IMG/VR virus record: IMGVR_UViG_3300010885_055964
Span: 96,001-160,000 of that record
Direction: 5' to 3' (one strand)
Length of the DNA: 64,000 nucleotides
DNA from: a virus
The position numbers were made by a program, and so were the translations under genes. The notes beneath the pieces were generated by a model. That model made no database searches, was not told where the DNA came from, and saw only the letters and a list, made by a program, of their open reading frames with translations. Positions 18,792 to 29,446 of the stretch are shown here, piece after piece; position 1 is the first letter of the stretch, and each line of letters begins with the position of its first letter.

Positions 18792-20111
18792 TTACTTGCC
18801 TACTTTGCGAGCAACTGAATCATAATCAAATCTTGCACAATATAGATCTGTGTACCAGAATGCTCTGGTTAGCCTGTGGTGGAACCCATATACTACCCAG
18901 TTGCCAGTCATCCAGTAATGAGGTTTATCTATAAACGAGGTCTTACCTTTGGTCCAGTGGATGTATACTGTGTCTACACCTAACCCATCACAGTCTGACC
19001 ATTCTCCATGCCCTATTATTTGAAATTTTGCACGCATTACTGAATTGATCATATTCAAGTACATGCCCCGAGGTCGGCCGTCGATATAATCCTGATAATC
19101 AAGTCCTAGGTCACCAGCTGACCAAATTTCAGGTATCCCAGAAATGGAGGACCATCCTACCCTTGGTGGGCCAGCCCCAAGCTCATCAGGAGGTTTTGAA
19201 AAACTCCTGTCCATACGAGTTTTGGCTATCAGCTTATTGGGAGTTCTACTGTCTTTGACGACTATTTTTCGCTCATCAGCATCAGTTACTTTATCAAGAT
19301 ATTGGCCAGAAATGGCACTGATGCCTTGTGTTATCAATTTAGTCTGGGTTAGAGATAGGCCATGATCAGCTAATAAATCCCATGTTTTGATATCTGAATG
19401 ATTTTTATCAGCTAATAAAGTATAATACCCCCTTTGTTGTGACTTAAAGTCAGCTTGTTCTTTAAGTTCTAGACGAAAATCGTTAGGATTAAACATCCAG
19501 TGTGTCTTGCCTTTTGTTATGGACGAAGACCAGTCTATCATCGAAGCTATAAATGTCTTAGGATCCTGTCTATGCAACCACCATTTATTGTTTTGATCAT
19601 CAATGGTTTGGCTGATAGACAGGTCTATGTTAGGTGCATAGTCGTTAATCACTTGCTTAATCACATCGCTGGCTCTGCCTTTATATGCCTGACCGCCTGC
19701 ATCTCCCATATTAAGATAGTATGACGGTGGATCAATGGCGACGAACTCCAGAACGCCCTTGTCAGAACTATCAGAACTGCTATGTTTGAGAGTCAAAAGG
19801 CATGCCTGTTTGACTTTAGTAGCACTTTCAGGATATTTAGCCTCATTTTCAGGACCCCATCTAAGCTGGAATTTGACTTTGACACCCTTACTGGCATCTC
19901 TAGTGTTTTCGAAATAACCAGAATCGATAAGGGAATCTAATCTATTAAAATTAGTGTCAAAGAATTTACCTCTGATAATATAGCCACCGTTCACCATGGC
20001 CTTATATTCAAATGAAGATAACAGTGGGCCTAGATCGGTAAAAGGAGAGCCGGAATCGAAATCAAATGTTAAGTAGACTTGAGGCCTAGATTGTGCTTGA
20101 GTAGTTGACAT
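18792..20111 (-). CDS. Putative baseplate hub/late-control-D-like tail protein (gp27-like), inverted
   Basis: 439-aa ORF on the minus strand; G.AS.VI..VI..Y...L.I..T.D...W...Q pattern resembles hub proteins; lies next to the tape measure gene. Family call is tentative. Confidence 0.45.
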   Translation of the reverse strand: MSTTQAQSRPQVYLTFDFDSGSPFTDLGPLLSSFEYKAMVNGGYIIRGKFFDTNFNRLDSLIDSGYFENTRDASKGVKVKFQLRWGPENEAKYPESATKVKQACLLTLKHSSSDSSDKGVLEFVAIDPPSYYLNMGDAGGQAYKGRASDVIKQVINDYAPNIDLSISQTIDDQNNKWWLHRQDPKTFIASMIDWSSSITKGKTHWMFNPNDFRLELKEQADFKSQQRGYYTLLADKNHSDIKTWDLLADHGLSLTQTKLITQGISAISGQYLDKVTDADERKIVVKDSRTPNKLIAKTRMDRSFSKPPDELGAGPPRVGWSSISGIPEIWSAGDLGLDYQDYIDGRPRGMYLNMINSVMRAKFQIIGHGEWSDCDGLGVDTVYIHWTKGKTSFIDKPHYWMTGNWVVYGFHHRLTRAFWYTDLYCARFDYDSVARKVGK

Positions 20112-20397
20112 GGAATTATATTACATCCTATATAATGCTAAAGGTAAAAGTCCAAGATATTTACTAGTATTTCCACTAGGTAGTAGAAATAACAAGCTAT
20201 GCATGATAGACACTACTGGCATGTCAAAGACAGAGATAAGCCGGGTCAAGTCAGCCATTCAAGACTTGGGTGCATTATCTTTGGAGGACAAGCTAGATTG
20301 GGCTAGTAAGCAGATTCCTAATGCTTTTAAGCGAGGCTACAAGGAGATATCGAATAGTAATTATAGAATTATTAGCATGCACAGTATTCACAAATAA
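20110..20397 (+). CDS. Hypothetical protein (start uncertain)
   Basis: 95-aa ORF whose ATG overlaps the ATG of the divergent gene. Confidence 0.45.
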   Translation: MELYYILYNAKGKSPRYLLVFPLGSRNNKLCMIDTTGMSKTEISRVKSAIQDLGALSLEDKLDWASKQIPNAFKRGYKEISNSNYRIISMHSIHK

Positions 20398-20431
20398 TCC
20401 CATCGGTGTAACAAAGTGGTAGGAGGATGAC

Positions 20432-20785
20432 ATGAGTTTTACACCATACTTTGACAGTGATATCAAAGAGACCATCGACAACCAATCCATGCACGATTGG
20501 GTAGAGATGATCCGTGTTGCAAATATGCAGCAGTTGAATGAGTACCACCAAGATCTGGTCACTGAGAGTCAGATCGACCCGGCCTTTAAGAGGTCCAAGA
20601 TCTTCCGCGTTGGCTGCAAAGCCATCGCTAGGGGTCTCCAACGTTGCCGACAACGTGGCGAATATCTGGTAGAGGATGTAGGCCAGCCGATTACTTTAGC
20701 GGGGGTGATTAGTTCTGCGATGAAGGGCTGGATCATCGGTGATGAATTCGCCAAGCGTTGGTCTGGTGAACGGTCTGGCTTCTAA
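20432..20785 (+). CDS. Hypothetical protein
   Basis: Strong SD AGGAGG; 117 aa; somewhat more GC-rich than its neighbours. Confidence 0.65.
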   Translation: MSFTPYFDSDIKETIDNQSMHDWVEMIRVANMQQLNEYHQDLVTESQIDPAFKRSKIFRVGCKAIARGLQRCRQRGEYLVEDVGQPITLAGVISSAMKGWIIGDEFAKRWSGERSGF

Positions 20786-20878
20786 TGTCCATCGATCGTT
20801 TGGCTAGTTGAGAACTGCTAATAGTATTATATATAGATTATAGACTGTACATATCAAAAATACTCTAAGGAGTAAGAT

Positions 20879-23800
20879 ATGGCAGTCGATCCGAATGTAT
20901 ATGCGCTGTCTCTACAGCTGCAATTAGATTCTGCAGAAGCATTCGCTTCTTTAGATAGTTTTGGTAAAGCTGCTAACGATATGGAGCAGCAGGTATCCAA
21001 AGCTGCGCAGGGTGTTATTAACACCATATCTAATAATATAGATGATATGGCCATGAAATTATCTCAGGTGGCCGCGTCCGGTAATGAAGGATTTGATTCG
21101 GCCAGTACCACTTTAGATTCGTTGTCTGCCAAGTTCATAAGCATGGCCCAGAGTGGGGCGGCTAGTTTGGATGATATAAATGAGCGACTTAAAGTGCTTA
21201 GTGATATAGATCAATTATCAGATAAGACTGAAAAACATATGAAATTGGAGAAGAAATACTCTGATGACATGCTAAAGTTTTATGCTAAATTGCAAAAGGA
21301 TATAACTAATAAGAATAAGTTACATCAATCAGAAAATACATTGGTCGGCGACGAGGGCGAGTTATTACGTGAAAATGGGGATATTATCGGCAAAAACACA
21401 AGAAAAATAGATTTAGCTAATCAAGCATACAAAGCGATTGAGCAGCAAGTAACAGCTTTGAAAGCTGCGATCGTAGCGATTGATAGTGAAGCTGAAAATT
21501 TTGTGCAGACTAATTATAGGGCCTATGGTTCACAATATGGCTTGTTACAGAATGCGATGATGCTATCTGGTGAATATGGTGCATTGCGTAAGACCACCAT
21601 CGAAGCATATAAAGCACTCGCTAATGTACGGACCCCGAAAGAAGAGATAGATGGTCTGGCAGGAATAATATCTCAGGCTAATCGTTACACAGGTGTATCA
21701 GCTGAGACAATGGCTGAGTACACTCTGCGTTTGAGACAGGCTGGTCTGAGTGGTACTCAAACTACGCAGCAGATCAAGCTAATGACGTCGGCTATGCGTG
21801 TGTACGGACTAACAACGGCTGATGTAAATGGTCTGATGAATACTAGTGCTACATCAGCATTAGCCTTAGGCGAAATGTTTGGCGGGATCGATACAGATAA
21901 AGTGGAGGAAAGCAGGTTAGTATTTGCTGGTATGGCAAAGCAAATAGGGGTCAGCACAGCAGAAGCGGCCAAATTCTTCGAAACAATGGCTACTGATGCA
22001 ATGGCCATGCAGATGTTCGGCGCTTACGCTGATATGCAGATAAACAGCGCAGAAGATCTACAGCAAGCCATGGTTAAAGCAGGCGTGAAGACTCATGAAA
22101 GTATGGCTGAATTAAAAGCTGACTTGGCTGCTGGAGATATTGGGCAGGCAGAATTTAATATTAGAAGACGACAAATGATAGATCTATATTATGCAGGCAA
22201 CGAGGCTGCATTTAGAGCTTCGATGGAACTAGGAAAAGAGGCTAAACAATTAGGATTAACAGGTGAAGCTGCATCTGATTATGGTGATATAGCTAAAAAA
22301 TTAAGAAAAGATGCGATAGACCCTTGGAGCGAATCGAATAGGACTTTGACAGCTCAGTTAAGATTATTATATAACACACTACATGGTTTGATCGGACCAG
22401 TTATAGTCAGCATATCCGAAGGATTAATGTATCTAATGATGGCAGTCAATGCAGTTATTATACCTATATTAAGGTTTATCGTAGGTCTAGGTGAGCTGTG
22501 GGCCGCGATGGAGAAATGGCCTATTATAGGATATTTATTCTCTACCATAAGAATAGGTTTCTCCATTTTGTTGGGGTTAGTAGGTGTGCTGGCTATGGCT
22601 GGCTTATCGTTAATCACATTTGCATCATTATTCGCAGGTGCTACTAATATAGTTAGAGGAGCATTAAATATAATTCGTTATGTGGGTAGAGCCATAATAG
22701 AAGTAGCACAGGCTTTAGGGCAGGGCATAGCTGCCATATTATCCGGCATAGGACAAGGGCTGGCAGCATTGGGAACCGCAGTACGGCCTGTAATAGTGCC
22801 GTTGTTGCAATTATGTTTTGCGGTGCTGCTGGTAGGTGCTGGCTTTTACATGATGGGCCTTGGTATGGCCGCTGCAGCCCAACATGGATGGGCAGCAGTT
22901 GGTATGCTGGCAGCTATGACTGTCGCTATAATCACACTAATGGTGGCATTCGCATTAATAGCAGCAGTTGCTGCGCCTGTCATACCTTTAATGATTAGCC
23001 TATCAATAGTGGCACTAACATTAGGTGCTGCAGTAATGCTCGCTGGTCTGGGCATGTACATGATGGGGATGGCTGTTGAGAGCATAGCTAACTATGGACT
23101 ACAAGCAGCAGCAGCGATACCAGCATTGGCACTTGGATTGCTAGCGTTAGGAGGAGTTGGTTATGTGGCTTCGTTAGGAATATTGGCACTAGCTGCGGCG
23201 ATGTTGGCTTTAGCCATACCAGTCTTGTTGATTGGTGTAGGATTATCACTGCTATCAGCAGCTATAGATTCTATCCAAGTTGATAACTTGGCGCCAATGG
23301 CTGAGGCCCTGCTTGAATCAGCTTACTATTTCATACAAGCTGGTTTATTATTGATACCTGCTGCAGTAATGTTAATAGTTGGCTCTGCAGGAATACTAAT
23401 AGCATCAGCAATATTAGCAGCAGCTGGAGCTGCTGTAGCAATTGCTGTGCCAGTGGTAGCAGTGGCAGGAGCTGCTTTAGTAGTGGCTGCTGCGTTGTTG
23501 CTAGCTGGTTCGGTGATGGTGTTTATTTCTGGATTAATGTTGTCGGTGGGTTCAACAATGTTGTTAGCTGGGGCCGCCATATTAACACCTGCTTCGTCTT
23601 TGATAATTGCCTCTGCTTTTATTATAGGCGCGGCTGGTTATGCTTTATCAGCTGCTGTTGGGCCGTTGTTAATAGGTGCCACTGCATTATTCACAGCTGC
23701 AGCATTGGTATTAGCGTCCGGAGGTTCAATACTGGTAGGGGCATCAATGCTATTGAGGGGTGCTAATATATTATCGACAGCATCTGAAGCATTGTTAAAC

Positions 23801-25690
23801 GCATCAACACAGGCGATGTCTGCCGCATCTATGCTATCAGATGCAATGATCATACTGCTACCAGCATCTTTAAAGACCGTAGTATCAGGGGCCTTGTTGT
23901 TAATAGGTGCTGGCTTGATATTGGGTGCTTCAATCGCATTATCGATATCTGCTCTAGCATTGGCAGCGGTCGGTACTTTAGTAATTATAGCTGCAGCATC
24001 AATTCTATATGCTTCTGTAGCATTGTCGATAGCGGCTGTGGCGTTAACAGTAGCAGCAGCCTTAATGATATCCGGTTCTGGTATAATGTATATGGCTGCT
24101 ATTACTTATTTGATAGCTTCTGAAGCTTTACTATCAGCGGCTAATAAACTGGTTCCAGCAGCTGAACAATTATATTTAGCTGCTACTAATTTATTACCTG
24201 CTGCAGCGATGTTGTTGGTATCTGCATTCTTGATGTTATCTTCTATCCCAGCATTCGTGACCGCATCCATCGGTTATTTAGTAGCATCTTCTATCTTGTA
24301 CTTAGCATCTAGCATTTTGTCTGAAGCATCGATCATGCTTTATGCAGCTGCTGAGAATATATTGCCCGCATCAGCTATGTTAGCTGCAGCAAGCGGATTT
24401 CTGTTGGTTGGGGCAAACATTATATTCTTAGCTGCTCCAATATTATTGATTGGTTCAGGCATATTATTGATCGCATCTTTGGTGTTGCTACCAGCTTCGA
24501 TAGTGCTGGGCTTAGCCTCGAGTATACTATTACCCGCCTCCACCATGCTGTTCATTTCCAGCATATACTTGTTATTAGGGGCAACTGCACTATTAACTGG
24601 GTCGACTATACTAATAACAGGTGCTGCTATATTAGCAGTAGCCTCAGTTGCTTTACTATTCACTTTACCAATAATCATGTCGGCAGCAGTCGGCATAGTC
24701 GTAGCTGCATCAGTGTTACTAGTCGGGTCGACATTGTTAATTGCGGGTGCTATGTTATTGGCCGTTGCCTCAATAGTAATGCTGTCTGGTGCGACGACTA
24801 TGTTTATGGCGAGTGCTATTCTTTTAATAGCTAGCCCTCTTTTGATTATGGCATCTAGCGGCATGCTGATAGGTGCCTACATTTTAATCTCTTCTTCATT
24901 GGTATTGGTGAGTGGTGCAGTGGCTTTAATGGCCGCATCTTTGATCATGCTACCAGCAGCACTGATTCTTTATTTTGCATTGTCGATAGTGTCTAGTGCG
25001 ACGTCTAGATTCAAGCAATCCATTTCTGACATTGGCATAATGGGTAACGGGCTTAGGATGATGGCTCAGTCATTTACTGCACTGTCAAATTTATCGTTGC
25101 GAGGATTTAGTAAGACCATAGACGATGCACTATCGGCGATGCCAGGCATAAAAAAGCTAGCCACTGAACTATCATCCTCAGCTGATTTGTTACAGAATGC
25201 TGCTGATAAATTCACAAAACCTGTTGATCAAATATCTGAGAGTTTACAGCGACTTGGTACCACACTGGCTAGTGTTGGTAACCAAGGTCTCACAGTGCAA
25301 GCTGACATGGATAAAGTCAGCGCTCTATTAGATGAATACTCCACGCTATTAGAAGGCGCAGCACAACGGATAGAGATAGCTGTGGCTACAAAGGCTCAGC
25401 CTGCTATGGCTACAGCTCGAGATGAAGGTCTGGAACAGACAGTAAGATCCGAAGCGATTAATACAGTACAGGTAATGGATAAGAGAGAAGGAAGCGCAGA
25501 ATCGAATGATATGTCTTACGAAACTAGTATGTCTCAAATAGAAATACTAAAAAGCATAAATGAAAAGATGGATAATATGGGCAATACAGCAGATGTAAAA
25601 GAAATAATATCCATATTGATGGGTTATTTGCCTAATTTAGGCACAGGGTCGGAAGGTTTAACGACTGAATTTAACTCTTGGCTAAAATAA
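20879..25690 (+). CDS. Tail tape measure protein
   Basis: 1603 aa, helical, Ala/Leu-rich, with a long hydrophobic repeat core; lies directly upstream of the baseplate genes. Confidence 0.9.
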   Translation: MAVDPNVYALSLQLQLDSAEAFASLDSFGKAANDMEQQVSKAAQGVINTISNNIDDMAMKLSQVAASGNEGFDSASTTLDSLSAKFISMAQSGAASLDDINERLKVLSDIDQLSDKTEKHMKLEKKYSDDMLKFYAKLQKDITNKNKLHQSENTLVGDEGELLRENGDIIGKNTRKIDLANQAYKAIEQQVTALKAAIVAIDSEAENFVQTNYRAYGSQYGLLQNAMMLSGEYGALRKTTIEAYKALANVRTPKEEIDGLAGIISQANRYTGVSAETMAEYTLRLRQAGLSGTQTTQQIKLMTSAMRVYGLTTADVNGLMNTSATSALALGEMFGGIDTDKVEESRLVFAGMAKQIGVSTAEAAKFFETMATDAMAMQMFGAYADMQINSAEDLQQAMVKAGVKTHESMAELKADLAAGDIGQAEFNIRRRQMIDLYYAGNEAAFRASMELGKEAKQLGLTGEAASDYGDIAKKLRKDAIDPWSESNRTLTAQLRLLYNTLHGLIGPVIVSISEGLMYLMMAVNAVIIPILRFIVGLGELWAAMEKWPIIGYLFSTIRIGFSILLGLVGVLAMAGLSLITFASLFAGATNIVRGALNIIRYVGRAIIEVAQALGQGIAAILSGIGQGLAALGTAVRPVIVPLLQLCFAVLLVGAGFYMMGLGMAAAAQHGWAAVGMLAAMTVAIITLMVAFALIAAVAAPVIPLMISLSIVALTLGAAVMLAGLGMYMMGMAVESIANYGLQAAAAIPALALGLLALGGVGYVASLGILALAAAMLALAIPVLLIGVGLSLLSAAIDSIQVDNLAPMAEALLESAYYFIQAGLLLIPAAVMLIVGSAGILIASAILAAAGAAVAIAVPVVAVAGAALVVAAALLLAGSVMVFISGLMLSVGSTMLLAGAAILTPASSLIIASAFIIGAAGYALSAAVGPLLIGATALFTAAALVLASGGSILVGASMLLRGANILSTASEALLNASTQAMSAASMLSDAMIILLPASLKTVVSGALLLIGAGLILGASIALSISALALAAVGTLVIIAAASILYASVALSIAAVALTVAAALMISGSGIMYMAAITYLIASEALLSAANKLVPAAEQLYLAATNLLPAAAMLLVSAFLMLSSIPAFVTASIGYLVASSILYLASSILSEASIMLYAAAENILPASAMLAAASGFLLVGANIIFLAAPILLIGSGILLIASLVLLPASIVLGLASSILLPASTMLFISSIYLLLGATALLTGSTILITGAAILAVASVALLFTLPIIMSAAVGIVVAASVLLVGSTLLIAGAMLLAVASIVMLSGATTMFMASAILLIASPLLIMASSGMLIGAYILISSSLVLVSGAVALMAASLIMLPAALILYFALSIVSSATSRFKQSISDIGIMGNGLRMMAQSFTALSNLSLRGFSKTIDDALSAMPGIKKLATELSSSADLLQNAADKFTKPVDQISESLQRLGTTLASVGNQGLTVQADMDKVSALLDEYSTLLEGAAQRIEIAVATKAQPAMATARDEGLEQTVRSEAINTVQVMDKREGSAESNDMSYETSMSQIEILKSINEKMDNMGNTADVKEIISILMGYLPNLGTGSEGLTTEFNSWLK

Positions 25691-25700
25691 GGAGTTAGTA

Positions 25701-26267
25701 ATGGGAGTATTTTATACTGGACATGATATAGCATTAGCCGAGGAATGTGAGCTACAATTACCGGACGGACAATTCGTCAATTTTCAGTTCGCTCCAAGAA
25801 TATTATCAGACAATAGAAAGGGAAATTGGAACGAAGGGGAACAGCGGGGCAAAGAACCTGTGGCTGTTTTTCAGAATTCAGGCCAAAGAGAGATGACCAT
25901 GTCTTGGTGCTATATAGTAGATGGGGCTAATTGGACTACTGAAGCAGTCGTATATGAAATAAAGAGGATAAGAGGATATTTCGCGAACGTGTTAGAGCCA
26001 AATGCTGAACAAAGGTCACTAATATGTGGGTTTAAATATGGGTTATACGGAAATCAACAAAGGTTTTCAGCAAGAATTAAATCAATAGATGTAAAGCATG
26101 GTGATACTTTGGTTATACCGAGTGTCGGAGGAATTCCAGACACTACTAAGGCTTTTCCATTAAAATCCGACATAACTATCGATTTGAGATTATGGACTAA
26201 AGGTGGTGATAGAAAAGTGCAGGATTTAAAAGGATTGATTACTAAAGAGACAGTTGACTGGTACTAG
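25701..26267 (+). CDS. Tail tube initiator/baseplate protein (gp48/gp54-like)
   Basis: FQF.P.I.SD.R...W and P...F..SG.RE..M motifs; follows the tape measure gene. Confidence 0.6.
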   Translation: MGVFYTGHDIALAEECELQLPDGQFVNFQFAPRILSDNRKGNWNEGEQRGKEPVAVFQNSGQREMTMSWCYIVDGANWTTEAVVYEIKRIRGYFANVLEPNAEQRSLICGFKYGLYGNQQRFSARIKSIDVKHGDTLVIPSVGGIPDTTKAFPLKSDITIDLRLWTKGGDRKVQDLKGLITKETVDWY

Positions 26268-26277
26268 GAGATAAAAA

Positions 26278-26595
26278 ATGGCGGAATTCGACGAGTTTTC
26301 CAGATATAGATCCACCGAGCCTATATTTTATGATGATAATGAGACATTAGGCACGTGGGCCAAACCAGCTTTCTTATTAAATAGACCTAAAGAAGATCAA
26401 ATCGGAGTATTTAGGGTAACATCAGCTGTTGAAGGCAGACCAGATAAAATAGCCAATCAATTGTATGGTTCTCCACTGTTGGATTGGGTGCTGATCTCCT
26501 TCAACAATGCTAGGTCTGTTCTCAATTGGCCAAAGTCTGGTACCGCTATAGAATATCCGATTAAGTCAATCGTGATCCCGGAGATCGTTGGATGA
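26278..26595 (+). CDS. Baseplate wedge protein, LysM/tail-X-like (gp53-like)
   Basis: GRPD.IA..LYG...L.WV....N motif. Confidence 0.75.
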   Translation: MAEFDEFSRYRSTEPIFYDDNETLGTWAKPAFLLNRPKEDQIGVFRVTSAVEGRPDKIANQLYGSPLLDWVLISFNNARSVLNWPKSGTAIEYPIKSIVIPEIVG

Positions 26596-28724
26596 GTGAT
26601 AATATCAATGTGATATGGAATAAATTCTTTTCGCATAGAACTCGTACATTATGGGACAGATTTCCAGGATATTATAGAGCGTTGGTAGTAGAGACTAATG
26701 ACCCTCTAAATATGTATAGGGTTAGATTTAAATGTCCTGATATGCATGATTTTGATCTAGAACCAGATTGGTGTCCTTGGGCAGTGTCGTGCTTTGATTT
26801 GGGCGGTAAGAAAGCTGGCAGGTGGGTAGCACCTTGTATCGGTGACTGGGTTTGGATCACGTTTGAACGGCAGCATCCATACGGACCAATATGGACTGGT
26901 TTTGCTGATCCTACCAGAAGAAGATTTTATGCTTATCCTCAGGTGTTCGGCATTACACCTCTCAGTGTAAATGAAGAGGGTAAAAAAGATCTAAGACCCA
27001 AAGATTATGACACAAAATACCTCCCTAAAGATGGGAGGCCCATGAGCCATGGGTGGGCAGATCGATATGGCAATTTAGAATTACATTCTGCTGTAGGATT
27101 CTATCCAGCAGAGCATCAAGACCCTCCTCCTCCATCTGATCATGATGCGGTATCTGGTTCTGGGTTCAAGCAGAAGAGAAAAGAACCTTTAGTTAATGAT
27201 CCAGATAAGAAGTATATGGCTCGGGTCACTAAATATGGCCATATTTTTATAATGGGAGATCAGGGTTATCATTGGAAGAAGGATGAATCGCAAGATATAG
27301 GCGAATTCCATGGAGATGCGAAGAAGGATGAAAAATTCGAAACCAAGAGGTGGTTATTTTTACAACGGCTACTGAATGACAATAAGCCTAGAGCTAGTAT
27401 GAACGGTGGTGATCAGCGGAAACAGTTGATGATGACTAGGTATGGTCATCGTATAGAGATGAGGGACGTAGGTTGGGCTCAACAAGGGCCAATTGCTTCA
27501 CAATCTAGACAAGGTGAATTCGGCCCAGCTACTACGTTATCTCAAGAGTCTAATGTAGATCATAGATGGATCAAGATAAGAACCAAAGGCGGGATGTTAT
27601 TCCAAGCTTATGACAAGGGCTTTAACCCAGATAAAGACATATTTATCAAGCGTAAATTATTAGAAGAGTCAGGAGCCAAAAGCGAGCTAGAGGACAAATA
27701 TTGGAAAGATCGTGACGCCAGATGGATGAGAATGGTCACTCGTTATGGCTATAAATTCGTGTTGGATGATCGTGGCAGTAATGAAACAGATGCACGAAGA
27801 CGTGAGCTGCCAAGAGGTATGGGTATATTGATCAAGGGTAGAAGATCCCCATCAGCTAAGAATTTGCCTAGACGAGGTAATAGCAGAGGCTTTCATTGGG
27901 AGATAAATGAAAGAGATGATGCAAACCATACTACTTGGTGTACGCCACTAGGGCAAGCAGTAGAACTCAATGACAGATATCAATATGTGATTATGACATC
28001 ATCGCTAGGTAAAAAGTGGGTATCTAAATGGAGGCATGTAAAAGATAATGAATTTTTAAAAAAGCCTGTGATGATACGTGATCCAGAAATGACCACGCAT
28101 CATATGAAAATAGATCATGACAATGAGTATATTCGCTTCAAGACAAGAGCAAATAATGGTAGCAAACCTATTAAACCGGCTAATCCTAGTATGGTAGGAG
28201 CCGGTGAAATAAATCAAGGGGTAGAGGCTAGAGATGGACGTAAGGGTGATGGAGCTTGGGTGGAAATAGTGGACTGCCAACATAGGGGTATGTGGTTTTC
28301 AAAGAAATACAATATAGGCATTTGGAGAGCTAGAAAAAAGAGAAAAATGTATCAGTGGATGGACGAATCTGCGAGAAAGATAGTTATATTTAACGACGAG
28401 TCGAATGGCAGAATACAAATATTCGCTAATGGTGAAGTAAGCCTGACATCTAATCGTGACATTAATATTAGGGCAGATAGGAATATATTAATGAGGGCTG
28501 GTAATAATATATTCATGCAGGCGGGCGGGTCTAAATTTTCTATCTTACCGAGTGGAAGGATCAGTTCTAATACTGTTATCTTTACCAGAGGTGTTATAAC
28601 CCCTGTTAATGGTGGTACGGCTGTTTCAAGAAAAGCAAGTCCCGATCCTCCACCCAAATTAGAGCCTAGTGATAGAGGTAAAACATACAATAAGCCATAT
28701 GAAGCTTCGGAGGATGTCGAATGA
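26592..28724 (+). CDS. Baseplate central spike/hub (gp5/VgrG-like OB-fold)
   Basis: YRALVV..NDP..M.RVR..CP, W.PWA and P.IGD.VWI.FE...P.W.G motifs; no lysozyme motif seen. Confidence 0.8.
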   Translation: MSDNINVIWNKFFSHRTRTLWDRFPGYYRALVVETNDPLNMYRVRFKCPDMHDFDLEPDWCPWAVSCFDLGGKKAGRWVAPCIGDWVWITFERQHPYGPIWTGFADPTRRRFYAYPQVFGITPLSVNEEGKKDLRPKDYDTKYLPKDGRPMSHGWADRYGNLELHSAVGFYPAEHQDPPPPSDHDAVSGSGFKQKRKEPLVNDPDKKYMARVTKYGHIFIMGDQGYHWKKDESQDIGEFHGDAKKDEKFETKRWLFLQRLLNDNKPRASMNGGDQRKQLMMTRYGHRIEMRDVGWAQQGPIASQSRQGEFGPATTLSQESNVDHRWIKIRTKGGMLFQAYDKGFNPDKDIFIKRKLLEESGAKSELEDKYWKDRDARWMRMVTRYGYKFVLDDRGSNETDARRRELPRGMGILIKGRRSPSAKNLPRRGNSRGFHWEINERDDANHTTWCTPLGQAVELNDRYQYVIMTSSLGKKWVSKWRHVKDNEFLKKPVMIRDPEMTTHHMKIDHDNEYIRFKTRANNGSKPIKPANPSMVGAGEINQGVEARDGRKGDGAWVEIVDCQHRGMWFSKKYNIGIWRARKKRKMYQWMDESARKIVIFNDESNGRIQIFANGEVSLTSNRDINIRADRNILMRAGNNIFMQAGGSKFSILPSGRISSNTVIFTRGVITPVNGGTAVSRKASPDPPPKLEPSDRGKTYNKPYEASEDVE

Positions 28725-29446
28725 TAATTAATTATCCTACTGGATTGTATAATACCGTAATACCTTCAGATACTGAATCTGGCAATGTTACATTCACTGT
28801 TAGTAACCAGATGCCACCTCGTACTGATTTATTATACCCCAAGATACCCAAATCACTAGTGGGTAGAATTAAAGACCGTCGTTCGAGAGAGTTATTATCG
28901 AGACGTGCTACCATGGGTGAACTGGCATTCACTGTCACTAAATCTACCAGGGCCGAATTAGGCAACACAGAACGTGTATACGCTACTGGGCAGATATTAG
29001 ATTTCAACGATGATCCTATCAAAACGATCGAACCAATGTTGGTGGCTGATAAGACAGAGATAGTTCATGATTCATCCCAGATCAATTATAGAGGTCTAGA
29101 TATATTACAACAGGACGTTGACACTATACAGGCTAATGCGTTGGTTATTTATGAAAAATTAAAAAAACAATTAAATGTTATAATCCGTAAGCGGAAAGGC
29201 AATGAGGAGTTGATAGTCACTAATCAGAAAATAGTCAATGATGCCGATCGAACAATTAGTGCCTTAACTATCGTTAATAAAATCGAATATAATTCAGATA
29301 TAAATGGAATAATAATCAAAGCAAAGGCCAAAAAAGCAGACGCATCTAAGAAGATAGACCAAGCGATTATTATAGCGAATAACCTGGCTGTTCAAGCAAC
29401 AGCGATACAAGATCAAATAAGAGAGATATCATTGGTGATCAAATGA
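28721..29446 (+). CDS. Hypothetical protein with a coiled-coil C-terminus
   Basis: ATGA coupling at both ends; heptad-rich C-terminal half. Confidence 0.6.
   Translation: MIINYPTGLYNTVIPSDTESGNVTFTVSNQMPPRTDLLYPKIPKSLVGRIKDRRSRELLSRRATMGELAFTVTKSTRAELGNTERVYATGQILDFNDDPIKTIEPMLVADKTEIVHDSSQINYRGLDILQQDVDTIQANALVIYEKLKKQLNVIIRKRKGNEELIVTNQKIVNDADRTISALTIVNKIEYNSDINGIIIKAKAKKADASKKIDQAIIIANNLAVQATAIQDQIREISLVIK

Noticed and set aside
21757-24864. Antisense ORFs within the tape measure gene
   Set aside because: They are shadows of the Ala/Leu/Ile-biased codons, with low-complexity products and no RBS support.
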